64,000 nt of DNA, from assembly GCA_045114455.1 (NCBI GenBank), contig JBGUKN010000024.1:3904-67903 (forward strand), written 5' to 3'. Source of the stretch: Victivallales bacterium. Its GTDB lineage: Bacteria; Verrucomicrobiota; Lentisphaeria; Victivallales; UBA1829. The translations under genes and the position numbers were made by a program. Every line of letters starts with the position of its first letter. Position 1 is the stretch's first letter. Of this stretch, positions 47,966 to 57,609 are shown one piece after another. The notes under the pieces are model-generated. The model was not told the origin of the DNA. It saw only the letters and a program-made list of their open reading frames with translations, and made no database searches.

Positions 47966-48805
47966 ATGTCAGAAAACTGCTCCGGTTCCTGTTCCACCTG
48001 CGCCTCCGCGGGGAGCTGCGGCGAACGCAAACCTTCCCGTCTCGACAAAGTCAAACACAAGATCATGGTGCTGTCCGGCAAGGGCGGCGTGGGCAAGAGC
48101 ACGGTCGCTGCCTGCCTCGCGGTCGCACTGGCGCGCGAAGGCATGAAGGTTGCGTTGCTGGACGTGGACTTCCACGGACCGAGCCAGCCGACGCTGTTCG
48201 GCGCGGCGGACCGCCGTCTCGACGGGACCGAGGCGGGACTCGTTCCGCTGTCCGTCGCGGGCGTGAAGCTCGTCTCCATCGGTTTCCTGCTTGAAAACCC
48301 GGACGATGCGGTCATCCTGCGCGGTCCGGCGAAGATCGGCCTGCTCGGACAGCTCTTCGAAGAAGTCGACTGGGGCGACGACCTCGACTATCTCATCCTC
48401 GACTTCCCGCCCGGAACCGGCGACGAATCCCTTTCCGCCTGCCAGATGATCCAGGGCGACAAGGCCGCCATCGTGGTCACTACGCCGCAGGAAGTCTCCC
48501 TAGCCGACTGCCGCAAGTGCGTCAGCTTCTGCAACCGTCTGGACGTCCGCATCCTCGGCATTGTCGAGAACATGAGCGCGTACGTCTGCCCGGACTGCTC
48601 CGCGAAGCATGCGCTCTTCTCCTCCGGCGGCGGCGAAAAGCTCGCGAACCAGGAAGGTCTCGCCCTGCTGGCGCAGATCCCGCTCGATCCGAAATTCCTC
48701 GCCGCGTGCGATGCCGGAAAGCTTCCGCAGGGCTTCCTGGATTCCGACGCCATCTCCTCCGAAGTCGCCGGAATCGTGAAGGCCGCCCTGGCGATGAATT
48801 CCTGA
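47966..48805 (+). CDS. apbC: Mrp/NBP35 (ApbC) family Fe-S cluster carrier ATPase
   Basis: N-terminal Cys-rich CSGSCSTCASAGSC, deviant Walker A LSGKGGVGKST, and CPDCSAKHALF. Confidence 0.9.
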   Translation: MSENCSGSCSTCASAGSCGERKPSRLDKVKHKIMVLSGKGGVGKSTVAACLAVALAREGMKVALLDVDFHGPSQPTLFGAADRRLDGTEAGLVPLSVAGVKLVSIGFLLENPDDAVILRGPAKIGLLGQLFEEVDWGDDLDYLILDFPPGTGDESLSACQMIQGDKAAIVVTTPQEVSLADCRKCVSFCNRLDVRILGIVENMSAYVCPDCSAKHALFSSGGGEKLANQEGLALLAQIPLDPKFLAACDAGKLPQGFLDSDAISSEVAGIVKAALAMNS

Positions 48806-48959
48806 CCGGTTTCCAGCCATTTTTTTCCGGCGGATTCATTCGGGATTTTCCGCTGCGTCCGCCAGACCGGAAATCCTCCTTCATACCACTGGAAAGCCTC
48901 TGAATGTCTGAAAAATGCGGCAAAAGGCAAAAAAAATGCGGGTTTTTCTAAATATACGC

Positions 48960-48988
48960 TTGCATTTTCGCGGAATCGAGGATATTTT
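48960..48988 (+). promoter_or_regulatory. Possible sigma-70-like promoter (TTGCAT-17-TATTTT)
   Basis: TTGCAT at 48960-48965 and TATTTT at 48983-48988, about 50 nt upstream of the EIIA gene. Confidence 0.4.
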
Positions 48989-49037
48989 ATCCCGTTGATC
49001 GGAACACACACCAATCTTTGATAGAAAGGCAAAAACT

Positions 49038-49493
49038 ATGAAACCGGAATTCGTAAAGTACCTCCAGCAGGACTCCATCCTGATCGTGGACGGCGAGACG
49101 AAAAAGAAAGTGCTTGACGCAATCATCGCCCACGCCTGCACCCGCTGCACCATGGACGAAGACCAGATCCGCGAGGCGATCTGGAAACGCGAGCGCATGA
49201 TGACCACCGGCGTCGGAAAAGGGCTTGCTCTTCCTCATATCCGCATCAGCGGCTTCCCGTCCCCGCTCGTGATCGTGGCCGTCTGCCGCAATCCGGTCAC
49301 CGACTACAAGACGCTCGACGAGGAACCCGTGACGCTCGCCGTTTTCTTTGCCGCGGACGAACGCGACCCCGAAGCCTATCTGAAGCTCCTGGGCAGCATC
49401 TCCTCCCGCCTCAAAGAGGACAACGTCATCGCCAGTATCCATGCGGCCGGCGACGACCGCGCGAAAATCTTCGACATTCTCGCCGCGGACTGA
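49038..49493 (+). CDS. Stand-alone PTS EIIA type-2 (PtsN/fructose-type) domain protein
   Basis: ILIVDGETKKKVLDAII..., RERMMTTGVGKGLALPHIRI (phosphorylatable His context), PVTLAVFFAA. Confidence 0.8.
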   Translation: MKPEFVKYLQQDSILIVDGETKKKVLDAIIAHACTRCTMDEDQIREAIWKRERMMTTGVGKGLALPHIRISGFPSPLVIVAVCRNPVTDYKTLDEEPVTLAVFFAADERDPEAYLKLLGSISSRLKEDNVIASIHAAGDDRAKIFDILAAD

Positions 49494-49727
49494 CCGCCGC
49501 GGACCGGATCCCCGGTCCAAACGCAGTTGTTCCGACGGTTTTTCAGGCTCTTTGCCAGGGTTCCGGGGGTTGACCCCGGTTTGCCGCCGGGCGTTTCCGC
49601 GATGTCCGGCGGAGCGGGCCGTTTCTCCGTCCGCAGGATGAAATCGTCTTGTGTCCTGCCGCGGACCGGAGGAAAAAGCGCGGGAACAACGGCCGGATCG
49701 TTCCGGCAAGCAGGAAAGAAGGTCTCC

Positions 49728-50336
49728 ATGGGCAGAAAAAAATTATTCAGTCTGATCGAAATCGCGGTGGCGATGGCCGTCGCGGCGATCGGCGTGGCCG
49801 CGATCATGGCGCTTCTGCCGATCGCCCTCAAGTCCACCTCCGATTCCGTCGGCGACACCCTTGCCGCCGATGCGGCCAACACCGTGGTCGCCCAGCTTGA
49901 CCGGGCTGCCTGGGAGCATTTCAACTGGATCCAGGGATTGCCCATGACGAAACCGGGCGCATTTTCCGACAGCGTGAGCCAGGGCCACGCCGGGAAGGAC
50001 CTGGACGAAAACTCCTACAAGATCGAACCGGCCAACGGCCTTCAGAACGGCCATTTCGTGTTCCTCTTCGGCCCGCCCGGCAAAAAGAGCGATTTCGCGG
50101 CCGAGGTCATCTGCTGGCGCGAAAACGAGACCAATCTTAATGTAACGGCAAATCCGAAGCAGTTCAAGGTGTCGACCATCGGCTCCCCGGGCAAACGGCC
50201 GTTCGTCCGCGTGTATATCGAAATTTCCTGGCCGGCCAATAAGCCGTACAAGAAAAACAGCACTTATCCCCGCCAGTCCCGTACGTTCGTGCGTGAATAC
50301 CTCGACCCGACCTATTACAAGCAGCTGACGAACTGA
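49728..50336 (+). CDS. Prepilin-type (type II secretion / type IV pilin-like) protein
   Basis: MGRKKLFSLIEIAVAMAVAAIGVAAIMALLP is an N-methylation-type signal with F+1 and E+5. Start is ATG 49728 with RBS AGGAAAGAAGG. The 67 upstream codons of the track ORF are unlikely to be coding. Confidence 0.75.
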   Translation: MGRKKLFSLIEIAVAMAVAAIGVAAIMALLPIALKSTSDSVGDTLAADAANTVVAQLDRAAWEHFNWIQGLPMTKPGAFSDSVSQGHAGKDLDENSYKIEPANGLQNGHFVFLFGPPGKKSDFAAEVICWRENETNLNVTANPKQFKVSTIGSPGKRPFVRVYIEISWPANKPYKKNSTYPRQSRTFVREYLDPTYYKQLTN

Positions 50337-50348
50337 GGAGGATTCCCG

Positions 50349-50987
50349 ATGAAAAAGCCTTTTACACTCGTTGAAGTCCTGATCGCGATGAGCGTCCTGT
50401 CCGTCTTCCTGCTCGGCCTGATGCAGTTCTATTCCTCGACCGAGACCGTGCTGAGTTCCGGCGTGGAGCGCACCGAGATGTTCGAACGCGCCCGCATCGC
50501 CATGGACATGATGGCGAACGACCTCACCTGCGTATATTATTCCCAGACCGACGACGACCTGAAGCCGTTCGATTACAGCGAGAACAGTTTCTTCTCCGTC
50601 TCGACGGTCCGCCCGGAGAAACTGAACAAGAGCGCCAAGACGAACATCGTGGCGGTAAAATACTACTGGACCGGTAAAACAAAACGGACGCTTGTCTACT
50701 CCAGCGACAGCAACGGCGACAATTTCGGCGTCGACGGCGCCAGCTTCGGCAATGAGACCGAGCTCGTCGAAGGCGTGACCGATTTCAAGGTCACCCCCGT
50801 CTTCGGCGACGGCTTCAAGATACTCCCTGCGCTCGTCGTGATCCGCATGGAGCTGGTCGACGGCAAGACTTTGAAGCGCCTCAAGGCGAACTCCGGGGCG
50901 GACGACAACATCCTCAAAAATGCGAACAGGCGCGAGTTCCGCCGCATGGTCGTCATCGACCGCGGCCAGCCGAAACCGAAACTCTGA
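50349..50987 (+). CDS. GspJ/PilW-like minor pseudopilin
   Basis: MKKPFTLVEVLIAMSVLSVFLLGL (F+1, E+5) then ERTEMFERARIAMDMMANDL. The size and layout are GspJ-like. The RBS is GAGGAGG. Confidence 0.7.
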   Translation: MKKPFTLVEVLIAMSVLSVFLLGLMQFYSSTETVLSSGVERTEMFERARIAMDMMANDLTCVYYSQTDDDLKPFDYSENSFFSVSTVRPEKLNKSAKTNIVAVKYYWTGKTKRTLVYSSDSNGDNFGVDGASFGNETELVEGVTDFKVTPVFGDGFKILPALVVIRMELVDGKTLKRLKANSGADDNILKNANRREFRRMVVIDRGQPKPKL

Positions 50988-51005
50988 CCGGGAAGGAGCA
51001 AGTGC

Positions 51006-53858
51006 ATGATGATACGGCATAACCAAAATCCGATGATGCGGATGCTGAAGCGGGCCGCCCGCGCCCGCCGCGAGCACGGCATCGCGCTCCTTTTCACGCT
51101 CTGCATCCTTTCCATGGCGCTGATTACCGCCATGATCTTCTCCTCGAATGCGTCAACCGGGCGCAAGGTCGCCAGCGTGTATGTCGACTCCTCCTCCGCC
51201 AGGATCCTGGCGGACGGCGTCGTCAATCGTGCCATCCTGGCGCTGATGCAGTCCGACAACGCCTCCTACGTCTGCTCGAACTATCAGACGAACAAGCCCT
51301 CGAACAGCAGCGCGGACGACTATGCGTCCGACTGGATTTGGAAACTGGAGAAAAAAGACCTATTCTCGTTCAATGACGGTCCGCTCCGCTTCAACCGCGC
51401 CGTCTACTACGACCGCAACGATACCCGCTGCCCCTCCTGGGAGTATGTTCTCAGCAAGAACTACGGCGACAACAACGACCGTATCTTCGGGCGTTATGCC
51501 TACGTCGCGATCGGGCAGAACGACCAGTTGAACCCGAACGCCCTCGGGAAGCGCAACTATGCCGACTTCGACCTCATAACCGCCCAGAAGCGCCTCGGCC
51601 GCTGGACCTGCGAACCGCAGTTCATCTTCAAGAGCACCCGCAACAACTGGGACTATTCCAAGATCATTTCCCCGGAGACCATCCAGGACAAGTACGTCAT
51701 GCCGGACGGCTGGGTCGACGGGGACGTCTTCATCAACGACCTCACGGGCGGCAATTCCAATCAGGATAAGCAGCTCAAGATGATGGCCGACCAGTATTTC
51801 GTCGTCTCCTCCCAGGGCGAGTACAACAAATTCCGCACCGACGGGAAGGCCGCGGGCGACCTCACGAAACACGAGCTGACCAGCGGCGAGTACTACAGGT
51901 TCCCCCTGATCCGCAACGACTGGGAATCCATCGACGTCGGCACGGTGAAAGACAGGATCCCGTGGTTCAAGGGCGCTTCGGGACAGGCCAACGTGAACCA
52001 GACCGTCGCCAACCTCATCAATTACAATGCGTCCATCAACCGCACGCCAGTGACCGACAACGACAACTGGATTAGTGGCGAGCCCACCTACACCGGCAAC
52101 AAGCGCACCCCGTACATCAACGAGGTCCATGCCGACGTCTCAGTCGGTGGCACCCTCGGCATCCGCATGCAGGAGCGTTACCTTGCCGACCCCAACAACC
52201 CGTCGAGCTGGAAATGGCGCGTGTGGTACACGAACTGCACCTACTCGCACGAGATCACGCTCAACGTCGAGACCGTGAACATGTATCCGGTCACGGGCGG
52301 CAATGACGGTACGCTTGCCGTCAGCAATCCCATCCTGATCGGCGAGATCAGCTACCAGCATTGGAACGAAAACGGCGACAATAATGGCTTCTGGACCACG
52401 GAAACCATTCCGATCGATGCCAACACGCAGTGGACTGTCACCCCGTCCGGCAACGACGCCGGATACAAGGTCTATACGTTCATGCTCGACAACGGTTCGG
52501 TCGGCAGCATGACTACCCTGAAACGCGATAACTACGACAAACCCATGGGCCATGAGCCCGACTTCTACGAGTTCGTCAAGGTCCGCAACGTTACGCTCCG
52601 CCTCGACCGCGTCATCCTGCGGGATACCGCCGGACGAAACGCCGACCTTGCGCTGATGCCGGTCGGGCTCCAGAGCGGCCGCACCTTCCTTTCCCGGGCG
52701 GACGGCGAGCAGGTCGCGGGTGCGGGCGACTTCGGCAGACATTTCTATTTTGACACGCAGGTCAACGATCCGCGCTCCAACCTCAGGCGTACCGACTGGA
52801 ACAATCCGGCATTCTCGGAAAAGGAAACGGAAGTCAATGAGACCATCGGCGGCGTCAACAATGTGATCAATCTCGGTCAGTATCACGACAATGAAAACCG
52901 GACGGATCCCGCGTATGCCGGCAACAGCTCCATTTCCACGGCGTACATCCGGCACGGCCAGATGCAGTCCCTGTGGGAGCTTGGCGCCATCCACCGCGGC
53001 GCACCGTGGCAGACGATCAACCTGAAGTGCGCCGCCGCCCAGGGGACCCGCATGGACCGTTACGATTACGGCGACGGGCACCTGCTGGACCAGGTCGCGC
53101 TCGCCCGCAGCACCGAAAACGTCAACGATTATGTCATCGGCCAGATCAACCTGAACTGCGTGGCGACGTTCGGCGGCAGCAGCGCCCCGTTCGCCTTCAA
53201 GTCCCTCTTCATTGATTTCCCGGTTTTCCGCTCCTTTGCCGCAATGAACGACGGCCGTGCGGAGGGCGGCACGATCAAGGGCGATTCCGTCGACTCGGAC
53301 AAGACCGGCAATATGGACGCCGACTCCTTTGCCAAGGATCTTTCCGAAGCCGTCACCTATGCGATTTCGAAGGGGAACTATCTCCGCCGCACGGCGGTCT
53401 TCCCCACTTCCTATCCCTCCTCCGACCAGATGGAGAAGATCATTCCGTCGAACGTGCCGGATGCGCAGGCAGAGGAGATCTTCAGCCGCGTGGTGAACCT
53501 GCTGAAATGGAACAAGCAGCAGACCAAGCGCGCGACTATCCTCGTGCTGGCGCAGACGATCAAGGACGTCGGCGGCGCTTCGCTTGAAAAGGTCCTGTCC
53601 GACAAGGACGTGGACGTCATGCGCGACTCCGGGTTCCAGTCGTTCGAGTCGACGAGCAAGAACACCGGCGGTTCGACCATGACGGCCGACAAGGTCCGTT
53701 CGACCTACAAAAAGCGCAGCGTCGCGTTCAAGCAGTACGACAACTTCTACGACGAGATCACGGGCGAGGCGAAGATCATCGTCCGTCTCGAGTGGGACGA
53801 GTCGGCAAACGATAACAACGGTGCATGGAAAGTTACGAGGAAAGAATATGCGGAATAA
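51006..53858 (+). CDS. Giant (950 aa) GspK/PilX-like minor pseudopilin with large insertions
   Basis: The N-terminus RREHGIALLFTLCILSMALITAMIF is a GspK-type hydrophobic helix without E+5. GspK-like blocks are RYAYVAIGQNDQLNPNAL, MQSLWELGAIHRGAPW and VIGQINLNCV. The RBS is GGAAGGAG. Confidence 0.65.
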   Translation: MMIRHNQNPMMRMLKRAARARREHGIALLFTLCILSMALITAMIFSSNASTGRKVASVYVDSSSARILADGVVNRAILALMQSDNASYVCSNYQTNKPSNSSADDYASDWIWKLEKKDLFSFNDGPLRFNRAVYYDRNDTRCPSWEYVLSKNYGDNNDRIFGRYAYVAIGQNDQLNPNALGKRNYADFDLITAQKRLGRWTCEPQFIFKSTRNNWDYSKIISPETIQDKYVMPDGWVDGDVFINDLTGGNSNQDKQLKMMADQYFVVSSQGEYNKFRTDGKAAGDLTKHELTSGEYYRFPLIRNDWESIDVGTVKDRIPWFKGASGQANVNQTVANLINYNASINRTPVTDNDNWISGEPTYTGNKRTPYINEVHADVSVGGTLGIRMQERYLADPNNPSSWKWRVWYTNCTYSHEITLNVETVNMYPVTGGNDGTLAVSNPILIGEISYQHWNENGDNNGFWTTETIPIDANTQWTVTPSGNDAGYKVYTFMLDNGSVGSMTTLKRDNYDKPMGHEPDFYEFVKVRNVTLRLDRVILRDTAGRNADLALMPVGLQSGRTFLSRADGEQVAGAGDFGRHFYFDTQVNDPRSNLRRTDWNNPAFSEKETEVNETIGGVNNVINLGQYHDNENRTDPAYAGNSSISTAYIRHGQMQSLWELGAIHRGAPWQTINLKCAAAQGTRMDRYDYGDGHLLDQVALARSTENVNDYVIGQINLNCVATFGGSSAPFAFKSLFIDFPVFRSFAAMNDGRAEGGTIKGDSVDSDKTGNMDADSFAKDLSEAVTYAISKGNYLRRTAVFPTSYPSSDQMEKIIPSNVPDAQAEEIFSRVVNLLKWNKQQTKRATILVLAQTIKDVGGASLEKVLSDKDVDVMRDSGFQSFESTSKNTGGSTMTADKVRSTYKKRSVAFKQYDNFYDEITGEAKIIVRLEWDESANDNNGAWKVTRKEYAE

Positions 53859-54582
53859 TCACTTTTTCAAAACACAGATCCTGCTGGCAGCCCTGGCCGC
53901 GACCCTGATCGCCCCGGTCAGCGTGTTCACCCAGCAGAAGACCGCCGCCCGGACCGCAGCCTCCATCAAGGACAGCGACATCTATGTCCCGGAGAAGGTC
54001 CTGGAACCCTCCTACACCAAAAAGGAAGCTTCCGACCTCCTGAAGGAGTACATCGACGCGTTCGGCGACTCCGACATGCCGCGTACCTACGAGGCTTTCG
54101 CCAGGGATCCCGACAAGTACAAGCGCATCGGGACCCGCCAGCTCAAGGCCTCCCTGGGCAATCTCTACAACTACATTTTCGACTCCACCGCCAAGGTCGG
54201 CAGCTCCGGCACGGTTCCGGTCAGTGCCGAGCTCATGGAGGTCACGGAGGCCAAGGATACCTGGTTCAGGAATCTCTACAACAAGGCACTTGAGCTGAAC
54301 GAGTCCGCGAAAATGATGGACAACGCCATCCGCCTGAAGAACGCCACGATGTACACGCAGGCCACGAAAGCCTACACCGAGAAGCTCGACGAGCTGGAAA
54401 AGTTCGCCAAGAAGCCGGAACGCCTTGACAACGCCGCGCTCGCGCGGCTCAAGGAGGCCAACAGAGCCAAACGCAAGGCCGACTACATCGCCCAGCGCAA
54501 GCAGCAGATACTGGAGCAGGAAGCCGCCGCGCAACGGGCTATCGAAGAGGAGCAGAAGAAATCTTCCTCCAAAAAGAAATAA
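53848..54582 (+). CDS. Secreted hypothetical protein with a C-terminal coiled coil and Lys-rich tail
   Basis: MRNNHFFKTQILLAALAATLIAPVSVFTQQ (signal peptide). Start is ATG 53848 with RBS GAGGAAAG and overlaps the previous gene by 11 nt. Confidence 0.65.
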   Translation: MRNNHFFKTQILLAALAATLIAPVSVFTQQKTAARTAASIKDSDIYVPEKVLEPSYTKKEASDLLKEYIDAFGDSDMPRTYEAFARDPDKYKRIGTRQLKASLGNLYNYIFDSTAKVGSSGTVPVSAELMEVTEAKDTWFRNLYNKALELNESAKMMDNAIRLKNATMYTQATKAYTEKLDELEKFAKKPERLDNAALARLKEANRAKRKADYIAQRKQQILEQEAAAQRAIEEEQKKSSSKKK

Positions 54583-54606
54583 CCTCATCCCACCGGGAGA
54601 CACGAT

Positions 54607-55257
54607 ATGAGACAACATGCAGCCAGGCCATTCACGCTGATCGAACTGATCGCGGTCATGGGAGTGATGATCCTCCTCGCCGCGATCGCGATTCCGGCTT
54701 ACAGCTCGCTTTTCTCCAGCCGCAAGACCACGCTCGCTGCGAACCAGCTGAACGGTGCGGTCATGGAAGCCCGCGCGCACGCCGTCTCCGCCAAAGTCTA
54801 CACCGCGCTGATCTTCGTGAAAGACAAAACGGCCGACAAGGGCTACAAGAGTTTCCGCATGGCGGAAGTCTACCACGACTCCGACACGGATAATTCCTCC
54901 TACAAATGGCGCCGCTGGGCCCCCGGGACCGCGTTCGTGCTCCTGCCTGAAAACACCATGATCCCCGAAGGCAGCAGCAACCTCGGCACCACGTCCGGCG
55001 GTTCGGAAGGCCATGTGGGATCGGGCAATCTCCCGAAGATTTCCGACCTCTCCTCGGAGAGCGGCATTTCCAGCGAAAGCGCGCCTGCCATCGTGTTCAA
55101 GCCGAACGGCCAGCTCGCGGGAACGGGCGACAAGAACGTCGTGGTGCGGTTCGTGGAGACCAACCGGTACGAGGCGAACCAGAGCCAGACGCCGAAACTC
55201 CCGCTGAACATCAACTGGCTGACCTGCAAGACCAAATTCCTGGATGCCGTGCAGTAA
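54607..55257 (+). CDS. GspH/FimT-like minor pseudopilin
   Basis: MRQHAARPFTLIELIAVMGVMILLAAIAIPAYSS (F+1, E+5) followed by ANQLNGAVMEARAHAV, which is typical of the GspH/FimT family. Confidence 0.7.
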   Translation: MRQHAARPFTLIELIAVMGVMILLAAIAIPAYSSLFSSRKTTLAANQLNGAVMEARAHAVSAKVYTALIFVKDKTADKGYKSFRMAEVYHDSDTDNSSYKWRRWAPGTAFVLLPENTMIPEGSSNLGTTSGGSEGHVGSGNLPKISDLSSESGISSESAPAIVFKPNGQLAGTGDKNVVVRFVETNRYEANQSQTPKLPLNINWLTCKTKFLDAVQ

Positions 55258-55285
55258 TACCCCCAATTCAGGAGAATGACACAGT

Positions 55286-57583
55286 ATGCGTTTCCAATGT
55301 TCATCCTGCGGCAGGATCGTAGCCGTTGACGATATCGACGCCGGCATCATGGTGCAGTGCGGCCACTGCGGCAGCGTGGTGCAGGTTCCGCCGACCCGCC
55401 TTTCCCGCGGCTCCGTGATCGCCGACTTCATCATACGCCGCGCCATCGGGCAGGGCGGCATGGGCACGGTGTACCTGTCCCACCAGATCACGCTCGACCG
55501 TCCCGCGGCATTGAAGATCCTCGCCGAATCCTACACGAACAACGCCGAATTCGTGGCGCTCTTCATCAAGGAGGCCCGCGCGGCCGCCAAGCTGAACCAT
55601 CCGCATATCGTCCAGGCATACGCCGTGGGCGAGGACGACGGCCTGCTGTATTTCGCCATGGAGAACATCGACGGCGAGACCATGAAGGACGTGCTGGAAC
55701 GCGAGGGCGCGATCCCCGTGGACCAGGCGCTGAACGTGATCCAGCAGATCGCCGAGGCGCTGAACTACGCCTGGGTCGAGCAGAAACTCATCCACTGCGA
55801 CATCAAGCCCGACAACATCATGCTCACCTCCACCGGACGCGCCAAGCTGGCCGACCTTGGTCTCGCCCGCGTGACCGGAGACATGAGCGACGCCGATGAC
55901 GATGAAGTCATGGGCACGCCGCAGTACATCAGCCCCGAGGCCCTCACCGGCGCGCCGATGGACACCCGCAGCGACATCTACAGCCTCGGCGCCACGTTCT
56001 ACCAGTTCGTCACCGGACGCCTTGCCTTCGACGGCTCCACCGCCGCCGAAATCGCGAAGAAGCACCTCACCGAGCCGCTGATCCCGCCGCGTTCCGTGAA
56101 CAAGGACATCCCCGAAAGCGTTTCCCGGATCATCATGAAAATGATGGCGAAGAACCCCGCCATGCGCTATCAGGATGCTTCCGAACTGATCGACGACCTC
56201 CGCAACGCCCGCCGCGGCAAGCTCGCCGGGCCGGCGACCGAGTCCGAGATACTCAACGGCGGGGGCAAGCCCGCGTCGCATGTGGCGCGCCCGGTCGGCG
56301 GCGGCACCGTGCTCGCTTCGGCAGCCGACCACCAGAACGACCGCGCCCGCAATATTTACAACCTGAAAAAACGCCAGCAGGACGAAGCGCGCAAGACGCG
56401 CGTCATGATCCTGATCGCCGGTCTCGTCCTGCTCGTTTCCCTCGTCGCCGCCGGAATCCTGTTCTATTTCAACAACGCCAAGGCGCGCGAAGAACGCGCC
56501 CGCAAGGAGGCCGCCGAGGCCGCCGAACGCGAACTCCAGCGCGACACCCCGATGACGCTCGCCGTCGACGAGATCGTGGCGTTCTCCCGCGCGAACCCCA
56601 CGGACAAGCGCGGCCTGCTGGACAAGTGCGAAGCCTTCATCGCCAAAAACTTCCAGCCGACGAAACCGAAGGAGGACCAGGCGCTGATGACGTTCCGCGC
56701 GATCTTCCAGGAGGTCGACGAAAGCATGATGACCTCTACGCGCGACCTCGAATCCCGCAAACTCCGCAAGCTCATCGCCCAGCGCAGGGACGACGCCGAG
56801 GCCGCAGAAGAGGCGCGCCGCCGCGCCGAACAGGCCGCCGAGGACAAGCGCAAGGCCGACGAGTACGCCCGGCAGGCCGACCAGCTCCGCAAGGAGCAGA
56901 GCGCCCGCACCGCCCAGGAGCTTGCGGAACGCCTCGTCCGCGAGAAGGAATACTTTGCCGGACGCATGATCGACCAGACGCGCCACGATCATCTGGACCG
57001 CGCGGAAAAGGATTACGCCGACTGGTTCCAGAACCTCGACCGCCACGCGCAGGACTCCGACGAAGCCGTCGCCGAAGTCGCGCGTCCGTACCGCGACTGG
57101 GCTCGGATCGTGCTTGACGACATCGCGGGGGCGAAGGCCATCCGCGAGAACACCTACAACGGCAACACCATTCTCGCCGATACCCAGATCGGATACGGTC
57201 CGTCCGGCATCTGCCGCGTGCGGTCCATCAACAACGGCATCGTGAAGGCCGTCATGGTCGACGGCAAGCTGTTCCAGTTCGATTTCGACGAACTGCCGCT
57301 CAAACAGCGGCTCGTGCTCCTGAAGAAGGGCGCGGGCGAGGCCGGGCATGCCGACGCGCTGTATTTCTATCTGCTGCTTTACGGCGATTTCGCCGGCGCG
57401 AAGGAGATCGTTGCGGACGACGACGAAGCGAAGAAGATCGCGGACTACGTCATCGCGAGCTATTTCAAATATGCGCTTGAAAACGCGGACGAGAAGACGC
57501 TGGATGAACTCAAGGCCAAATACGGCACGATGCGTGAATTCCGGAACGCGCTTTCCGCACGGAACAGGCAAACCAATCCCTGA
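55286..57583 (+). CDS. Membrane Ser/Thr protein kinase with an N-terminal zinc ribbon and an extracytoplasmic coiled-coil-rich domain
   Basis: Zn ribbon CSSCGRIV...CGHCGS. Kinase motifs are GQGGMGTVY, AALKIL, HCDIKPDNIM, ADLGLAR, GTPQYISPE and SDIYSLG. The TM is VMILIAGLVLLVSLVAAGILFYF. Confidence 0.9.
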   Translation: MRFQCSSCGRIVAVDDIDAGIMVQCGHCGSVVQVPPTRLSRGSVIADFIIRRAIGQGGMGTVYLSHQITLDRPAALKILAESYTNNAEFVALFIKEARAAAKLNHPHIVQAYAVGEDDGLLYFAMENIDGETMKDVLEREGAIPVDQALNVIQQIAEALNYAWVEQKLIHCDIKPDNIMLTSTGRAKLADLGLARVTGDMSDADDDEVMGTPQYISPEALTGAPMDTRSDIYSLGATFYQFVTGRLAFDGSTAAEIAKKHLTEPLIPPRSVNKDIPESVSRIIMKMMAKNPAMRYQDASELIDDLRNARRGKLAGPATESEILNGGGKPASHVARPVGGGTVLASAADHQNDRARNIYNLKKRQQDEARKTRVMILIAGLVLLVSLVAAGILFYFNNAKAREERARKEAAEAAERELQRDTPMTLAVDEIVAFSRANPTDKRGLLDKCEAFIAKNFQPTKPKEDQALMTFRAIFQEVDESMMTSTRDLESRKLRKLIAQRRDDAEAAEEARRRAEQAAEDKRKADEYARQADQLRKEQSARTAQELAERLVREKEYFAGRMIDQTRHDHLDRAEKDYADWFQNLDRHAQDSDEAVAEVARPYRDWARIVLDDIAGAKAIRENTYNGNTILADTQIGYGPSGICRVRSINNGIVKAVMVDGKLFQFDFDELPLKQRLVLLKKGAGEAGHADALYFYLLLYGDFAGAKEIVADDDEAKKIADYVIASYFKYALENADEKTLDELKAKYGTMREFRNALSARNRQTNP

Positions 57584-57609
57584 ATCGAACTTGGGGGTAA
57601 CGATATATC

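Noticed and set aside
49038-49493. EIIA gene as evidence of a sugar phosphotransferase system locus
   Set aside because: No EIIB/EIIC, HPr or EI genes are nearby. It looks like a stand-alone regulatory (PtsN-like) EIIA, so I make no transport claim.
49743-57571. Minus-strand ORFs 49743..51077, 51360..52130, 52140..53081, 53833..55491 and 55301..57571
   Set aside because: They are antisense to the pseudopilin/kinase operon. The + strand genes have Shine-Dalgarno sequences, prepilin signals and kinase motifs.
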